From: Blastocystis sp. Blastoise
Lineage: Eukaryota > Protista > Bigyra: Opalinata
Assembly (NCBI GenBank): GCA_039096225.1
Contig: JBBPEB010000018.1
Span: 306,003 to 370,002 of the forward strand
DNA: 64,000 nucleotides
Reading direction: 5' to 3'
Shown here: in pieces, positions 1 through 27,225 of the stretch
Layout of the letters: each line of letters starts with the position of its first letter
Numbering within the stretch: the stretch's first letter is position 1
Position numbers and translations under genes: made by a program
Notes under the pieces: model-generated
Seen by the model: the letters and a program-made list of their open reading frames with translations, nothing else
The model's database searches: none
Told to the model about the DNA's origin: nothing

Positions 1-5382
<5,382 letters not shown>

Positions 5383-7185
5383 AGGGTATTAGAAGGATTA
5401 TATATATGTCTCGTTATTATATATATTTATATTTATAATTATTATTATAATTTTCAATTTCTTGTTTCTATGATTTCTACAAGTCTATCTTTTTATTCTT
5501 TCATTATACGTAGTATATATATATGTAATTATATATATTTTTATATATTTACTGTTAGCTTTTTATATCAAAAATATTAACAAATTCTTACAAAAATTTC
5601 ATCTTTAAAAAAAAAAAAATCATATTCTTTTCATATTTCCTTTTCTTTATTATATTATTTTATTAATATCTCATAAATTCTGCTTTTTCTTGGATATCTT
5701 CCTTTGAAGATATTTCTATCTGTTTCAATATTTATATTTATTTCATATTTATTTCATATTTTTTCATATTTATTATCAAATTCATATATATATATTTCTA
5801 TGATTTTTTTTATAGATTTATATTTTTATATTAATTATTTTTTTTGAACAATTTAATTTGTTTTCATTTTATTGTTTTTTTTTGTTTCTTGTTTTATTAT
5901 ATATATATATATCTTTATATTTAATTTATACTTTTTATTTGGATTATATTTATCCTTGGTCTATATATATATGTATATATATATAATAGTATCAATTCAT
6001 TTCTCTCTTTTTTTTTGTATCTATTTTTCGTAAATCAAATGTTTTATAAGTTCACAAGTATATATATAATAATATTATATATATTCTTGTGAATTATATG
6101 ATCATTGTTATATATATAATATTCTATATTTTATTTTTTATATTTTTCTATTTATTTTTTTCTATGTAAATCTTTGCTTCTTGATATTTCATTTTTTTTT
6201 TTTTAAATTAATTCTTATTTTTAGCATTTTCTAGATATTTTTTAACATTTATTATTATCATTTTTCAATGCGTATATATTTAATGTTTAGATATCTATAT
6301 ATTTGCTTTTAAACAATTATAAAATAATTGCCATTATTATATAATACATCAATTACATACAAATACCTTTCGTTGGTTTTTTGGTTTTTATTTTTTTTTT
6401 TTTATATATTTTATATGTTTTTCTTTATATATATATTTTATATGTTTCTTAAATATGTATATATATATTTTTTTATTAAGATAGACTTAATTCTCCTTAT
6501 GTTTTTGTATATAACATTTATATATATTCTTTTTTTTTCTTTCTTAGACTATCTAGTCTTTATATATTTTCTATAACTTGATATATAATCATGACCTATA
6601 TATATCCTCGTTCTAATTCCTTTTTGTAAAAGGTATACTGTTTCTTTTTCATATTGATTGCTTAGTTTATATATATATATATATTATTAATATACATATA
6701 GTCATAACCTTTGAAATATATGAGTTCAAATAGTTTATTATTTATAAAATCAATTATTGATTTCATGTTAGCTGTTATGGATATTGATAATATTTACAGT
6801 AATAATAAAAAAACATTTAGCAACGATTGGGTTCAATTTATAATAACATCATATCATGAACAGAAAACACATTTTTATATATGATTATAAAACAATAGAA
6901 AAAAAAAAGTTTGATTGAAATATTATATAAGAAGAAAATATATACATACATTTATTGTTTACAAAGAATAAAATACAAACATTACAAATAAAGATAATAA
7001 AAATAATTTTTATTTGTTGATACAGAAAAAAACGAAATATCGTTCACAATATAAATAGATAAATAGATAGATACATACATAAAATGATAGAAGAAAAATA
7101 GATATATTAATAGAAGCAACAAAATAAAATAAAACATGTATTTACGGATGTCATAATAATAATAAAAATATATTTATTATTATGT

Positions 7186-9671
<2,486 letters not shown>

Positions 9672-10463
9672 ATTTAAGTCTCCCTTAAAGAAATCTATAT
9701 AAATGTAGTTATGATGATAAAAAACTAAGATTTCTTAATACTACTATATACTATATGGAAAGAAATAAAATGTGATTGTTTGACGTAAAGCCAAGTGAGG
9801 TATCAGAATAAAATCAGGAGAAAATAGTAATCATCAGGCGAAAATCGAAAATAATTTTATTTTGTTTTATTTGTGTGGAGCAAACGCCATCTTTTCAATT
9901 GCGTTTTTTTGTTTTTTAAAGCATTATGATATATATATAGTTGTTGATTTATCCTTTAAGTGACATATATTTTTAATATAAGTGTAAGATTTCATTTTTT
10001 TTCAATAAAATGTTGCCAATATTTTATGAACACATTTCTTAAACCTTGTTTCTAAGTTTATAAAAATAGTCATACACTTAAAGAACTATTCATGGATATA
10101 TTTAGGAAAATGATTCGTCAATAGCTTGATGATCTTTCAAAAATATACATATATGGCATTATTCGTTTATTATTTAATAAATTGGTTTTCTTGTATGAGT
10201 TTTTGATGAATAGAAATGTCTAAGTCACCATTATTATTAAGTAAATGAATTAATTGTCTCCTATTGAATGAGAAACAGGGTGAATCATATCTTTATTTAT
10301 AAAATGATTAATGTGGCGAGTGGTAAACATTAAAGAAGAAATAATTTTGCTCAATAATACAGTAAATAATACAAATTCTTTATAAAATAGTCAACACAAC
10401 TCTTTGAAAATAACATACAACAAATTCATTTTAATAGCAAACAGGTGATCAATAATATTTAAG

Positions 10464-10471
10464 AACAAACA
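10464..10471 (-). promoter_or_regulatory. TGTTTGTT 3'-end/polyadenylation-associated motif (also 16082-16089 minus after NHP2 and 26924-26931 plus after RPL8)
   Basis: Exact octamer on the sense strand downstream of three stop codons. This motif is known to follow poly(A) sites in Blastocystis. Confidence 0.45.
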
Positions 10472-10498
10472 TATTATATATATCTATATAGACTCTAA

Positions 10499-12875
<2,377 letters not shown>

Positions 12876-13280
12876 TATAAAAAGTTATAGACAAAATTAT
12901 TTAAAAAAGAAAAAAATAATTTGATCCTGGGAAAATCATATGAATCGATTAAAAAATGAGAATAATCTTAATTTAGTATTGAATTGGTTTTTTTTTTGTT
13001 ATTGTTGAAATAATACAGTAATATAGCATAGAATTACTTTGATAATTATGAATGATGTTTATAAAACAAAAATCAATATAAATTTAAAGAAATAGTAATG
13101 AAGAATAATGATAGAGTTGACATAATCAACAAGAAATAGAGGATTACTAGAATACAAATATATGAAATGATGATGAATAACAAAAATAAAGTTATATGTA
13201 AAGAAGAAGAAAAGAAAAGGAAAAAAAAAGGAAAAAAAAACAATAAAGAAAACATAGATACAAGTTGATCGATATATTTA

Positions 13281-15717
<2,437 letters not shown>

Positions 15718-16371
15718 TTCTTAATAGATAAAGAAAGATCAAAAATTGTATTTTTTGATATTCTTTTCAGCTTTGACAAAAAAGGATGAAAGCAGAAACA
15801 AATGGCGTTTTGAAAAATGATTTGTGTTTTAGTGTAAATAGAGAAATAATCGTAAGAAAAACAGATTCTCCTTTTCTTAGATAGAGAATTCGTTGAGAAC
15901 TCTAATGAAATAATGATATTCTTTTATTCAACAAATTTTTAATGTTATGTATGTAATTAGAATTTTCTTTTTAAAGAATAGGATTATACTATAATTTTAA
16001 TCTGTATTTTAACTATACTTTGAATGTTCGACTCATAGTTATTGTAAATATATATATTAATAATAATAAATTTAAATTGTTAACAAACAAATGAAATATA
16101 CACATATAATTACAATTCGAATATATTAATATAAAGATAAATTCAGAACTCCATCAAGAAAAAAAAGAGAAAGGTCATGAATAATATATATTTTGATAGT
16201 CATAAAAGAATCTAGATCTAAATAAGAAAAAAAATAGAATAGATTGATTTATCAAAATTACTAATATATATAATATATACTTTATAGTTTTGAGTATTTT
16301 GATATTTTAAAAGTTAAAAAATAAAATGTATTTATTTATTTATTTAAAAATATATATAGTAATTTGATGAT

Positions 16372-16998
16372 TTATAAAGTAGCATCAAGTTCTTTGATTT
16401 CATTATAAACTTCATCATATTTCTTCTTTTCATCAAAATCTTTATTAAGTACAATATGAACAACACTGGTAGGTCTCTTAGTAGTAGCAGATTCACCTAA
16501 TTCTTCCTAAATAAGAATATAATTACAAATGAAATGTCTTTTATTCTTTAAAAATAAAAATATATTTTTATAATTCACTTTTTTTTAATATTCAATATGA
16601 TAATGATATATATATATATACTTTGGTAGGAATGAAAACATAGGGAATACTGTTATCTTCACATAATACAGGAATATGAGAAATAACATCTACAGGATAA
16701 ATATTACCAGCTAAAATAACGAGTCTAAAGAACGATATTTAGATTATAAACAATAAATTATAATAGAAAAAGAGTATTTCGAAGAAAATAACAATAAATT
16801 AGAGTCTATATACCCCTTTTCACCCTTTCTGATGGATTTGATGACTTCTTTAACACCTCTACGAAGACACTTTGATTTAGCAGCCTTCTTGACAATCTTG
16901 AAAACCTTCTTAGTCAATTTCTTTCCAGCTAAGGGTTTTGCAATAGGAGTCATATAAGTGGGACCAGTCACAATTTGTTCACTTTCACTATCAGACAT
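16372..16998 (-). CDS. NHP2: H/ACA snoRNP subunit NHP2 (L7Ae family), 3 exons
   Basis: PIAKPLAGKKL, LRRGVKEVIKSIRKGEKG, LAGNIYPVDVISHIPVLCED and TKRPTS. Confidence 0.93.
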
Positions 16999-17714
16999 AT
17001 TTATTAATTCACGTAGAGTTAAAAATAAAACATTAAACAGTTTTATGGAATTTAAGACCATAAAAAGAACCACGACTTTTATCATTTTATACTTGGATCT
17101 CTCTATTTTTTCATATTTTTTATTATGCTTTGTTTTCTTATTGATCTCTAAGATTGATTAGAATGTTGATATAATGTACATTGTTTTTATGTTATTTGGA
17201 ATGAATAACAATGATGTAGAAGAGAATAGTGTCAGATATAGAAATATTGACTTGTTGTTATAATTGATTCATTTGTATATTATTCATATCATGAGATGAT
17301 ACTCAATCATTTAAATGAATTAAAAATGAGCTATAGGAAACATTATGAAACTGTATGTCTTTCATCAACTTGAAAAACGATTTAAAATTACTCTTAATTG
17401 CATGTTCATTTAACAAACATCATTTATATAGCATTTATACTAAATTTATCTCTGAATGACACAAAAGAAAATATATAAAATATCAATGAAATACATAGGA
17501 GAGAATATACAATAGGTGGTAATAGCAAAACATGAATTAGAGATAGCCATTATCTTCTTTCTACAAGAAGATATACGCTCAAAACTTGAAAAACACATTT
17601 GCTTTTTTATCTTTTTAAATAGTATTCATCACATTCCATTTCATTTCTATCTCATATCTTACATCCAGAGTATCTGATAAACATTAGAAGCATAAAAAAT
17701 TATTATTTAAAGCA

Positions 17715-18756
17715 ATGGAAAATGATATCGTTAATGAAACATTTGTTGAAATCTTATGTATATTTATTATATCATTATCTAATATCATTCATAATAGATT
17801 CAAGTGAACTTTTATTACTAACTTCGTTTTTTTCTTCAGAATGTAAATTCTTTGTTCTTACATATCCTTTATTCTTATTCTAAAATAATCTACGTATTAT
17901 TTAAATCCTTAATTGAAGCTACAAAACGATATTTAGTTTATTATGATGATAAAAACAATTTCTTAATGGATGCCAGCAAACCAAAGTGTGCTTGGCATAT
18001 TGAAGATATCGAAAGTATTTTTATTATAGAGTAGCAATCAATAGTTATATCTAGAAATATGTAATTCGTCTCTTGATAAGGATATGATTGAAATTCACCT
18101 GGATGATGTTGTATATTTTTCTTTTTAATTAGTTTTTAACCTTTATTTTTAATGAAATTTGTTTGTAATTCTTCAATTTCTATTCTATATAGGTATTTTT
18201 TCTTCGTTCTTCTGAAACAAAAGATCTCGAAAAACTCATTCTCCTTTTCAATTATTGTAAAAGCTTACATACGTATAATTACTATATATGCTATATTTTT
18301 TATATTTATATATATATATTTTATTTATAGATATGATAATTCATTTGATTCAGCAAATAGTATTCCATGTCCCTCATTAGATACTTCAGAATCACATGCT
18401 GAAACTCCAGAATCTTTACTTGAACCTCCTTTAGAAAATAAAAATGATATATTAAAAGAAAATCTCTTTGAAGAAGTTACCTTTAATTTGAATTCTATAT
18501 ATGAAATATCAAGGCAATTTGAATGTGATATCAATGAAATCACAAGAGATCTTCTCAATTCCTTTTCTATCATAGGTATATATATAATTTTATGTACTAT
18601 TAATTTATATAAATCTTTTTTTTTTATTATCTTTATCATATAGTATCTATACCTATAAATGATGAATGATCTATATTTATATAGATATACCATCAGATAT
18701 GATATCAAATTATTCCACGAAATTATCTCAAGACATTGGACTTGTTATTGATGAGC

Positions 18757-18827
<71 letters not shown>

Positions 18828-21511
18828 ATAATAATATTATTATTATTATATTATGATTATAGTATTATTATTATTATTATAACTTTCTTTAATATCATTT
18901 CTAATAAGACATATTAAATTATTTAGTCATTGTATATTACTCTATTTAACTCGCTTCTCTTTCATAATTCAAATGAAGTCACTTCCAATGCTTCAGGTAC
19001 TCCTACAGTTACCTTTCGAACTCATTCTAAACGACCTTCTCGTGGGAATATCATTGATATTCCTCAGAATTCTCCGTTATTCTACAAATATACATTATTT
19101 AAAGATTTATTAAAATATTGGAAGAATAAAATTCAATTGAAATCTGATTTTGATATGGAGAAGCGATTATCTTCTGTATGTCCTTTACAAGCTTCTAATC
19201 TATCTTTAGATACTACTCCTTCTGACCAATCTATATTACAAAATAGATCCATGAATAATGACTTAACTGTTCCTACAGAACTAGAAATCATTCATAATAA
19301 TATAAATAGCAAGGATATATCAGTATCATCTTCTATTCCACAAATATCTACTGATACTTCTATAATTCCTATGAATACAATAACTACTGCTACTACTACT
19401 TCTATAGATCCTCTTCAAACCTCTATGTCTATCTCAGCATCACTTCCTTCTCTCTCACGTCGACCTTCTTTTCCTTCTTCTGCACCTCCATCTCGACCTC
19501 TATCGACTTCTTCTATTAAATCAACATTTCTACGATCTACTTCTTCAACTTCTTCTTCTTTATCTTCTAATGTGTCTTTTAATACTGTAATAACTATACC
19601 TAATTCATTAAGTGATGATGACCAAGGAAATATGAGAGACTGGGTACTTAAAAATAGTATTCCTGAACAAAGAAATCCAAGTATCGATAATAATAATGAT
19701 AATAAAGAAAATAATAGTGATAGTAATAAAGAAAGTAATAGTGATAGTAATAAAGAAAATAATAATGATAATAAAGAAAATAATAATGATAATAAAGAGA
19801 ATAATGATAAAAATGAAGAAAACAATAATAAAAATACAATACATTCTATCTTACCTTCGAATCAAAAAAATAATAACATATCTGTTATTCAATCGCCTAT
19901 AGATAAAAACCAAGAAAGAAAAGAGAATGAAACAATGAATTCCAATGACATATCGTCAAATATCAATGATAAATCTATAGATATACAAACTAAACAAATA
20001 AGTCTTTCTTCTCTTACAACTACTTCCATACCTTCTATTGTTCCTCTATCACAAGATCAATCAGACCCTGTTATCTTACCTTCTAAACAATTACAATCAT
20101 CAATTATTCTACCCCCTTTGGAAAAACAATTTGCTTCTCCTCTTCCTCCAAAGAAAAACATTGGAGAAATAAATACTATTCCTGTATTGAATACTACTAT
20201 GAATCTGGAAGAAAAAGAGAAGAAAAGACGACAGAAAGTGATAGATATTTCATTATATAGATATATGCAAGATAGTATCAATCAGAATAATGACATTGAA
20301 GATTTATCTTGTATATAGAATATTATATTTCAATATATATATATATATACATATTCTATATCTATATTATTTGTATAGTACCGAAAACTCAAGTATATTT
20401 ATGGGGATCTATAGGATATAATGAGTGTCACCTTAGTGTATATATATTAAATATCTGTATCTTATATATACAGTTATATATAATCGTTTTGTCTCATATA
20501 TATATTATATACTTATATATATATAGGCAAACGAATATATGTTTCCGAATTTATATACTCAAGATATAGTTGATATTGCTTCTGGTGAAACTTCTTCAAT
20601 GTATATATAAATATATTATAATCTATCTATATATATACATCTAAATAAACAACATAATATCTTATTCCTTTTAGTTTCTTGACTTCAGTTGGAGATGTCT
20701 ATATATATACTCATTCTTCTTCCACTCCTCCCGTGATTATTCAGCAATTTTCAATTAATAGAACCTTAGATGTATTTTACTAAATACTATTATTATAAAC
20801 ACTTTTTCATTATGATAAATTATTATATATATATATTCTACAGTTATTAAACGTATATATACATTTTCACTCTACTTATATTTTATTAGAATATTCAAAT
20901 CATATCAATTGCGGCAGGTCAGAACCACTTTTTGGCGTTAACGAGCGAGGGAACAGTGTATTCGTGGGGTGATAATTATTATGGGGAATTAGGTCATAAT
21001 GATATGAAACCTTGTAAATCCCCACGGTTAATAACTGAATTACTATCGGAGAATATTCGTAGTGTAAAGTGTGGTTATAATAATAGTTGCGCTATAACCG
21101 CGGGAAACGACGTATATGTATGGGGATGTAATGAAGAAGGTCAACTAGCTGTAGGAACCACAGAGAATGTTCTAAAACCTATTAAAGTATATTATTTATA
21201 TATTATATATAAATAGGAGTATTTTATTTATTCATTTAGATAATATATATTTATATATATAGATATCTTTCTTTGTTCAAAAGAAGAAGAAGATAGTGGA
21301 GTGTTCTCTAGGATATGATGCTTCCTTCTTTATTTCACAAGGTATATATATATATATAATTATTGTATAGCCATAAGAAAATGATATTTCATTTTATTAT
21401 TATACTTAATTATTATCATCACATATTTTTATTTTCTATGTTATTATTATTAATATAATATATTCATTTCTATTTAATATGATTCGTACTCTTTCTCATA
21501 TCAATTCTTTC

Positions 21512-21558
<47 letters not shown>

Positions 21559-24139
21559 TGGCTGTTTATATGGCTGTGGATCGAATGAGTATTTACAATT
21601 GGGTCATATCGATTATTCTCCAATTACTGTTCCCATAACTATTAATGGATTTAAACTTGGTAAAAATCAAATTCCCGTGAAAACAGTTGTTAGTGGGTGT
21701 ACTCATTGTATTGCTTTAGATACCAATGGTTCATTGTATATATATAGAATCATTTCTTTGTTTATCATTCTTTTATGTCAATTATATTATCTTCTTCAAT
21801 TTATATATATATTAAAAGAATATTTCATTTTAAAATAATATATATATATAGATATGCCTGGGGTAGTTCTATATATGGTAGTTTAGGTGTTCGTTATTCT
21901 TTAGAGAATACTAAAGAGAATTATTCTCCAATATCTCTCTCTTATCCTACTCCTATTTATTTCCATCCTCCTCTTCTTCCTAAAGAAACTATAGTAGATT
22001 TACAAGCAGGATTAAATCATAATATTATTCGTACATCATTGAATCATATATATATATGGGGATTAAATGCAAGTGGATGTCTAGCTATTCATTCTTCTGA
22101 TTCTATTATTAAAGATATATATAATAATGAAATTATTATGTGTCCTACACTTGTTAATGTTCCTTCTGATTCTGATGAATATATAAATACAAATGATATT
22201 CGTAACATCGTATTTGTCAAAGCTGGGTGTTTCACCACGTTTATTGTGAAGAAGAATTCTACATATATAACTGATAATAAGCATAGTATATATACATATA
22301 TATATCTTTTATTTCTTTTTCAATATACCTTCTCTAAACTCTTCTTCTATTTCTTTATATTGATTATATAAATTACTCTTTTCTTTTAATAATATAACAA
22401 TATGATGTGTTTCTAGAAGTTTTGATGAATACCCCCGCAGATCCCTCAATCCGTTACAAACAGTACCAAATGGATAATCCATCATTAGATATATGGACCA
22501 ATAAATGGATACCTTCTTTAAAGAATGATATTTCTGTTTCTGAAAAGATATCGTCTGCATTATACCAAGGGGTACCTGCATCTATTCGAGGTCAAATATG
22601 GATATTATTAATTGGTAATAATATGAAGATTAGTAAAGAATTATATAAAAGATTAGAAGGATTAAGAGAGACTTTATTATTACAACAACATATGAATTGT
22701 TCACGTTATTTATATTCTAGTATATATAGTACAGTTGGTATAAGTAAACGAAGTCTTCATAGAACTGATGAGGGAAAAGATGGAGATCCAATAAATTCAA
22801 GTATTGATGAGTTTTTATCATTTAGTTCGATTCAGGAGCGACTGAAAGTGGATGTACCTCGAACATTCAATGAATCTAAGTTATTTATAAATGGTAGTAT
22901 ATTAAGTAATCGTTTATATAAATTGATGGAATTATTTACTTGTTGGCGAAGTGATATAGGCTATCATCAAGCTATGTCTTATATAGGAGGAGTATTAACA
23001 CTACTTATTAATGATGAATATTTATTATTTGTAGCTTTTACAAATCTAATGACAAAATATCATTTCCTAAGCTTTATACAAGTTAATGATCATTATCAAC
23101 AGTATTCTATATATATATATAGTTATTAATGAAGTCTTCTGATAGATTTATTTTGTTGTTGTTGTTTGATTTATTTGTTTTTTGTTGTTGTTTGATTTAT
23201 TTAATTTATTGTTTTTTTGTTGATAAAGGTTTTATTGTATTATATATATATTGGAATCGTTTAATATATAAAGTAACTTTGTTTTTATTATTATTTTTAA
23301 TATTATATATATATATATTTTTAATTTTTATGCTTATTTAAAAAATATTTTTATTGTTGCTATAAGAATATGTATTACTCAACTATGTTTCTCTATAGGC
23401 AATATAGTTCTCTTTTTTCTAAATACTTATTACAATGTTATCCTTCAATATCAAATCATTTACAAGAGAATACAATTATGATTGGATTCTTCTTCTTATC
23501 CTGGATGCAAACTCTCTATTTATCTATTCTTCCTCTATCTGTATATATATAATTATTATTATTATTATCATTTCATTATTATTTATTTTTCTATCTATCT
23601 ATGTTTCATTATATATATATTTATATAGATGGCTTATAGATTATTAGATTTCTTCTTTTATGATGGACCTATATTCTTATATAAACTTGGATATGCAATA
23701 TTATATTTATTTAAAGACGATATTCTCTCTTTCGACCAAGAACAACTTTATGCAGTATTCTATTCTTTATTATAAATTTAATATTATATTATTTATTATT
23801 AATTATAAATTTAATTATATTTATTCTTTATTATAAGTTTAATATTATATTATTCATCATTTATAATAGATTTATTTATTTATAACAATTATTATATTTA
23901 TTATTATATACAATATTTATTTATTACATATTAATCAACTATTAATTATATTTGTTTACATTCTATGCATATGCTGCTTATAGTTATTAACAAAAAATAA
24001 TTCAATGAAAGATCTTTGGCAGTCTAGAATTACTTTAGATAAAGTTATATCTGTTGTTCGTCTTATCTCTATTCCTCAGTGTAATCAAGATCTCCAACAA
24101 ATATCTCATTCTTTCTGGAATTCAGAAGAAAATGAATAG
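17715..24139 (+). CDS. PH + low-complexity linker + RCC1 repeats + Rab-GAP TBC domain protein (about 18 exons)
   Basis: N-terminal FFVLT|KRYLVYYD..KP PH-like segment; RCC1 repeats (AAGQNHFLALT..G.VYSWG.N.YGELG); TBC motifs GVPASIRGQIW, LKVDVPRT and GYHQAM. Exons join in frame to TAG at 24137-24139. Confidence 0.82.
17862..17922 (+). other. U12-type AT-AC intron in the PH-RCC1-TBC gene
   Basis: Donor ATATCCTTT; branch TCCTTAAT 9 nt from the 3' end; 61 nt; restores frame. Confidence 0.88.
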
Positions 24140-25016
24140 TTTTATATATATATAACTAATTTATGCTCTCTTTCTTGTAAATATATATATATATATCAAT
24201 TTTGTTTTGTTTTCTTATTATTCTATGTTCAATACTTCATATTTATCATTTTATGTTATGTATTTGTTTTATATATCTAACAAAATGAATCATATATTTA
24301 AAAGAAATAATGTAGCATACATATCATTCTACATAAATATAGACACTAAATCTTCTTCTATATATAATAGAAATGACTCTGTTTCTTTATACTAGTAATA
24401 TATTGCTCATTTTCTAGCATTCACTATGATTTTCCTATCATAACCAGTTTTATCAATGAACCTTAGATTATATACCTGTGTCATACTTAGTTTTATGGTA
24501 TATAACTAAATGTAAATATGTTATGATATCTATATAAACTCTACTAATAATAAGAGACTCATACGTGATATATATATAAACTTAAAAGTAACTAAAATAG
24601 AGTAGCTGACTACTTGTAGAGTTTTACAAGCCACAAAGGGAATAAATAATGTTATCTACGTTTAAAATTATGTTTCATAGGCTACATATGTATTTTTCAA
24701 TTTGAAAATAATATATTTCATTTTAAAATTCTTTTCTAAAACAGTTTCTAAAGTATTCATTACAAATTCGTGTCAAATCATCACCATCATTATGGTATTC
24801 ACCATAAAGGATTGTAGTACATGACTCTCATATATCTCAGAAGGCTGAGACAATATATAATCTAGAATAATTAGTGAATTTACATACCTCACAAAATGGA
24901 TCAGTATTTTTATTTAAATAGAACTTTATGTTTTCTTTTTAATATGATTCAATATAATAAATAGTACATTCATCTAAGAAAACACGTATTCCAATGAGTA
25001 TCATACTTCATAAAAA

Positions 25017-25035
25017 TGTGAAAATTTTCATTTTT
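25017..25035. promoter_or_regulatory. Palindromic TGAAAATTTTCA (RRPE-like) element upstream of RPL8; identical 19-mer at 63917-63935
   Basis: Exact sequence TGTGAAAATTTTCATTTTT at both positions; it resembles the yeast RRPE. Confidence 0.45.
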
Positions 25036-25343
25036 GGCGCCTTCAATGTCTTAGAGACTTAGAGATTTAGTTATTTTTCTATTACAAATAGTGAAATGAG
25101 ATGAATAAAAGACTAAATATAAAAAAGTCAAAGTAATAATCGTGAGAATTCATTAAAAATGACTATAAATATTTTGCCAAAAATGAGAAATTAGGGTGGG
25201 GGTAAATCAAAAAGTGATTAAAAAAATATGCATGTTTATATTTCATAATGAACCCAGGGGTTATTTTGTTTTTTATTTTTTACACATTTTTCCCAGCAAC
25301 CTGTCAATTCACTTTGTTATAATTTCTCCACACATAGAAAAAC

Positions 25344-26869
25344 ATGGGTCGTGTAATTAGAGGTATGTAATTTATATTATACGGTTTCATTAAGATAAAT
25401 CTTAAAAACAAATTATTTTTTGTATCTTCTAATGCAAGAAATGATTAATCGATTGTTTCATAACAAATAAATTCAATTCAAACTTTCAAATTTATCCTAT
25501 ATTAATCATGAATGTCTAGAGGACAAAGAAAGGGTGCCAAAGGTTCCGTTTTTATGGCTCACACTCACCATAGAAATGGTCCTGCCCGTTTCCGTAATTT
25601 AGATTTTGCTGAACGTCATGGTTTTATCAAGGGTACTGTAAGAGATATCATTCACGATTCTGGTCGTGGTGCTCCTCTTGCTAAGGTTGAATTCCGTGAT
25701 CCTTACATATATATTTCCTTCTTTTTTATCTTCTATTTATAATGAATTCTTCTGTAATTATTTGCATATTTGAGATATTATTTTAAATACATTTAAGTCA
25801 TTTATTTAGTGAATAAATAAAACAAAACAATATATATATCAAATAATATTCATTTTTTTTTTTGATAATTTAATATTTATATATATTTGTATCCTTACCG
25901 TTATGAAAAGGATAAGGAATTATTTATTGCTGCTGAAGGTATGTACACTGGTCAAACCCTCTTCTGTGGTAAGAAAGCTCATATTGGTGTTGGTAACATC
26001 CTCCCCGTCAATGAAATGCCCGAAGGTACTGTTGTCTGCAATGTAGAAGCTAAGGTTGGTGATCGTGGTACTCTTGCTCGTACTTCTGGTAACTATGCTA
26101 CCGTCATTGGTCATTCTGATGATAAGGCTCAAACTTATGTTCGTCTCCCCTCTGGTGTTAAGAAGACTATTCCCGGTGAGTATGTTGTTATATTATATTT
26201 TTTTATTTTTATATTTTTTATTTTCAATTCACTATATATATATGCTTTAACAAATAATTATACTAAATAATAATAATTATAATCTGTTTATATAGTTGCC
26301 GTGCTATGGTTGGTATTATTGCTGGTGGTGGTCGTATGGATAAACCCCTTCTTAAGGCTGGTCGTGCTTTCCACAAGTATCGTGTGAAGCGTAATGCTTG
26401 GCCTAGAGTATGCTAATTATATATATTAATTATTTATTAAATTATATTTATAATTTTTTTTTCTTCTTATAAATAATTATATATATATATATATTTTCTA
26501 GAACTAGAGGTATTGTCATGAACCCCGTTGATCACCCTCATGGTGGTGGTAACCACAAGCACATCGGTAAACCTGCTTCTAGACCTCGTGGTGCTCCTCC
26601 AGGCCAAAAAGTATTTATTATTATTAATATCAATATTTCAATATATATATTATATATATTATTTTGTCTTTGATTAAAATAAATAAGAACAGCCATCAGA
26701 GTCAATGATGCTGACAATCTTATAGCACCCTTATATGAGACATATAATGATTATTTTATTTATAATTTCTCTTTTTTTTTTTCAATTAATATTTATAATA
26801 TTTCCTAAATAGGTTGGTCTCATTGCTTCCCGTCGTACTGGTCGTATCCGTGGTCGTATTGATGCCTAA
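25344..26869 (+). CDS. RPL8: 60S ribosomal protein uL2 (L8), 6 exons
   Basis: [62 protein letters not shown] and [10 protein letters not shown]. Three junctions have anomalous ends (see findings). Confidence 0.98.
26665..26742 (+). promoter_or_regulatory. Structured intronic RNA element in RPL8 intron 5, putative LSU rRNA helix-66 mimic
   Basis: GC-richer island in an AT-rich intron. Nested stems TGTCTT/GAGACA, ATAAGA/TCTTAT and CATCA/TGATG; sense similarity to conserved rRNA H65-H66 sequence as recalled. Confidence 0.55.
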
Positions 26870-27225
26870 ATGTAGTTTTTTTACCTCTTCAACAGTGGTG
26901 TGTGGACAGAAAAAAAAGTGTTTTGTTTGTTATAATAATTTATTAATCAATCAACATAAATAATACAAATAAATCCTTTTAATAATAGGAAACAATTGAA
27001 AATCGAATAAGAAAACAATGTGAAACACAAGAAATAATCATGAAAAAAAAGAATATGCTGAAAGAACTATTTTTATTCTATTGGAAGAGAATTGTTACAA
27101 ACTGGACAAAAAGAAAGTTCGTTATATTCGAGTTTTATAGTATTCGAATTCTACATTCTTCTATTAAAGAAAAGAAAGATTTCCATAGAATTTGTATTAT
27201 TAAAATTAATCTCTATTTTGGTGAT

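Noticed and set aside
25707-25898. RPL8 intron 2 as a genuine U12 AT-AC intron
   Set aside because: There is no ATCC donor or properly spaced branch site, and both ends are explained by exon sequence overwriting.
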